Part shown: positions 62,701-64,000 of the stretch, piece after piece | How the letters are laid out: the number at the start of each line of letters is the position of its first letter | How positions within the stretch are numbered: position 1 is the first letter of the stretch | Source of the DNA: Octopus vulgaris | Taxonomy: Eukaryota | Assembly (NCBI GenBank): GCA_951406725.2 | Contig: OX597829.1 | Span: 11,470,001-11,534,000 of the forward strand | Reading direction: 5' to 3' | DNA length: 64,000 nucleotides | The notes under the pieces: model-generated | Databases searched by the model: none | What the model was told of the DNA's origin: nothing | What the model saw: only the letters and a program-made list of their open reading frames with translations | Position numbers and translations under genes: made by a program

Positions 62701-63879
62701 GAAAGTTTTTCGTCATCAGTATAGCACATAGTTGGAGCATACATACTCACCAAGGTCATATAATTTCCTTTAACCAAAGGAATTCTCATGGACATAAGAC
62801 GCTCGTTAATTCCAACTTGTCCACAGGAGTAGTCTTAACAGCAGATGCCACTCCAGCTTCTCCTCTAAACTCTTCATTCCTCCCTTTCCAAAAGAATGTA
62901 TATTTTCCACAAGATTCTGTAAGATGACCATCTCCAGGTAATCTCGTCTCAGATAAAGCAACGATGTCAGGATCATAGCGTTGAAGCTCCTTCGCAACAA
63001 GCGCAGTCCTTCTTTCAGGACATTCAGAGGACTTGCGGTCAAGCAGTGTCCGTACATTCCAACATTCAATATTTTCTATGGTTCTATCACAGTTACATGA
63101 TGTGATGCTCTGGAGCTTAGACTGTGATGCTCTGGAGCTCCTGCCGAGCCAGACTCTTTCAGCTGATGTGGTTCCAGAGTCCTTACTGCCATTTATTTTT
63201 ATAGTTTTGGTACATCATTGATTTTTTGCTTTTTAGGGCTACAGCCAGCCAGTCAGTTGAGACTCACAGCACCATCAACAATCATGAATTAGTTAATCAA
63301 TTTAATCAATCAATCAATGTTGTTATCGTGCAATGTCTGTGCAAGAAGATATTTTTTAAAGTGAGGAAAGGCTGTGCACTGAGTCAATCCCACTCACTAA
63401 GCAACAGCAGCCATAATCCGAAAAGAAGAACACGTCAACATCATCGGTAACCACTGAGCCGTAAGTTTTATGTCGGAGTTATCCCAGTTACCTGAGTTAC
63501 CTGAGTTACCTTCTCCTAGAAGGATGCCCTAACAAAGGCTAGGAGTCCTTCACTCCCAATGGTTTAACCGCACGATCAGGTATTCAGTTCGATTATTTCT
63601 ATGTCCCCGCGCATGATACAGCCTTAAGGCAGTTATTGGATGGCCGTTGAAGAGTTCCTTCGCCCTTTGACGGGTTTTGTTTTTCATCCTGCGGGGTGTC
63701 CAATAAACACCCTCCTCACCAAACAAGCTTGGTGTGGTTGCCGGTTTAGTCGCCGACGACCCGACCATGCAACAGGTTGTACTGGGTTACATGTTACCAG
63801 TAGCACTCGAAAGTGACCTGACATAACATACATACATACATACATGCAGACGTACTTACATACAAACATATATACCTAC

Positions 63880-64000
63880 ATACATGGTTCAGTGGCTAAG
63901 GTGTTGCACTCACGATTGTGAGATCGTGGGTTCGATTCACAGACCGGACGTTGTGTTCTTGAGCGAAGCCCTTCATTTCACGTTGTTCTGCGATCATTTC
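63880..64000 (+). mobile_element. tRNA-derived SINE head, running off the window
   Basis: TGGTTCAGTGG (A box), GGTTCGATTC (B box), TTGTGTTCTTGAGC; same family as 43900-44182. Confidence 0.75.

Overview
AT-rich eukaryotic DNA dense in microsatellites; the repeat make-up suggests a cephalopod such as Octopus (inference from pattern recognition, not a search). No intact cellular gene is evident, only two candidate minus-strand exons, and most listed ORFs are microsatellite or antisense artefacts. The window is a pile-up of decayed retroelements sorted by microsatellite: R4/Dong-like RLE LINEs in (TAA)n (11.8-21.4 kb), L1/Tx1-like LINEs in (GATA)n (29.3-33.7 kb and 46.0-58.8 kb), Penelope-like elements and their pseudo-LTR fold-backs in (TA)n, and an RTE LINE between (TACA)n tracts (59.7-63.8 kb). 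A CR1-group 3' fragment and tRNA-derived SINEs are also present. Read as RNA, the Penelope-type repeats carry about 15 hammerhead ribozyme motifs from several families, including U3:A8 covariant and A6U/U4C/A9C cores. The most striking is a two-copy repeat at 36959-37033 (-) and 37591-37665 (+) whose three hammerhead core strands occur in reversed, non-circularly permuted order. All ribozyme folds were derived by eye and none has been tested for activity.
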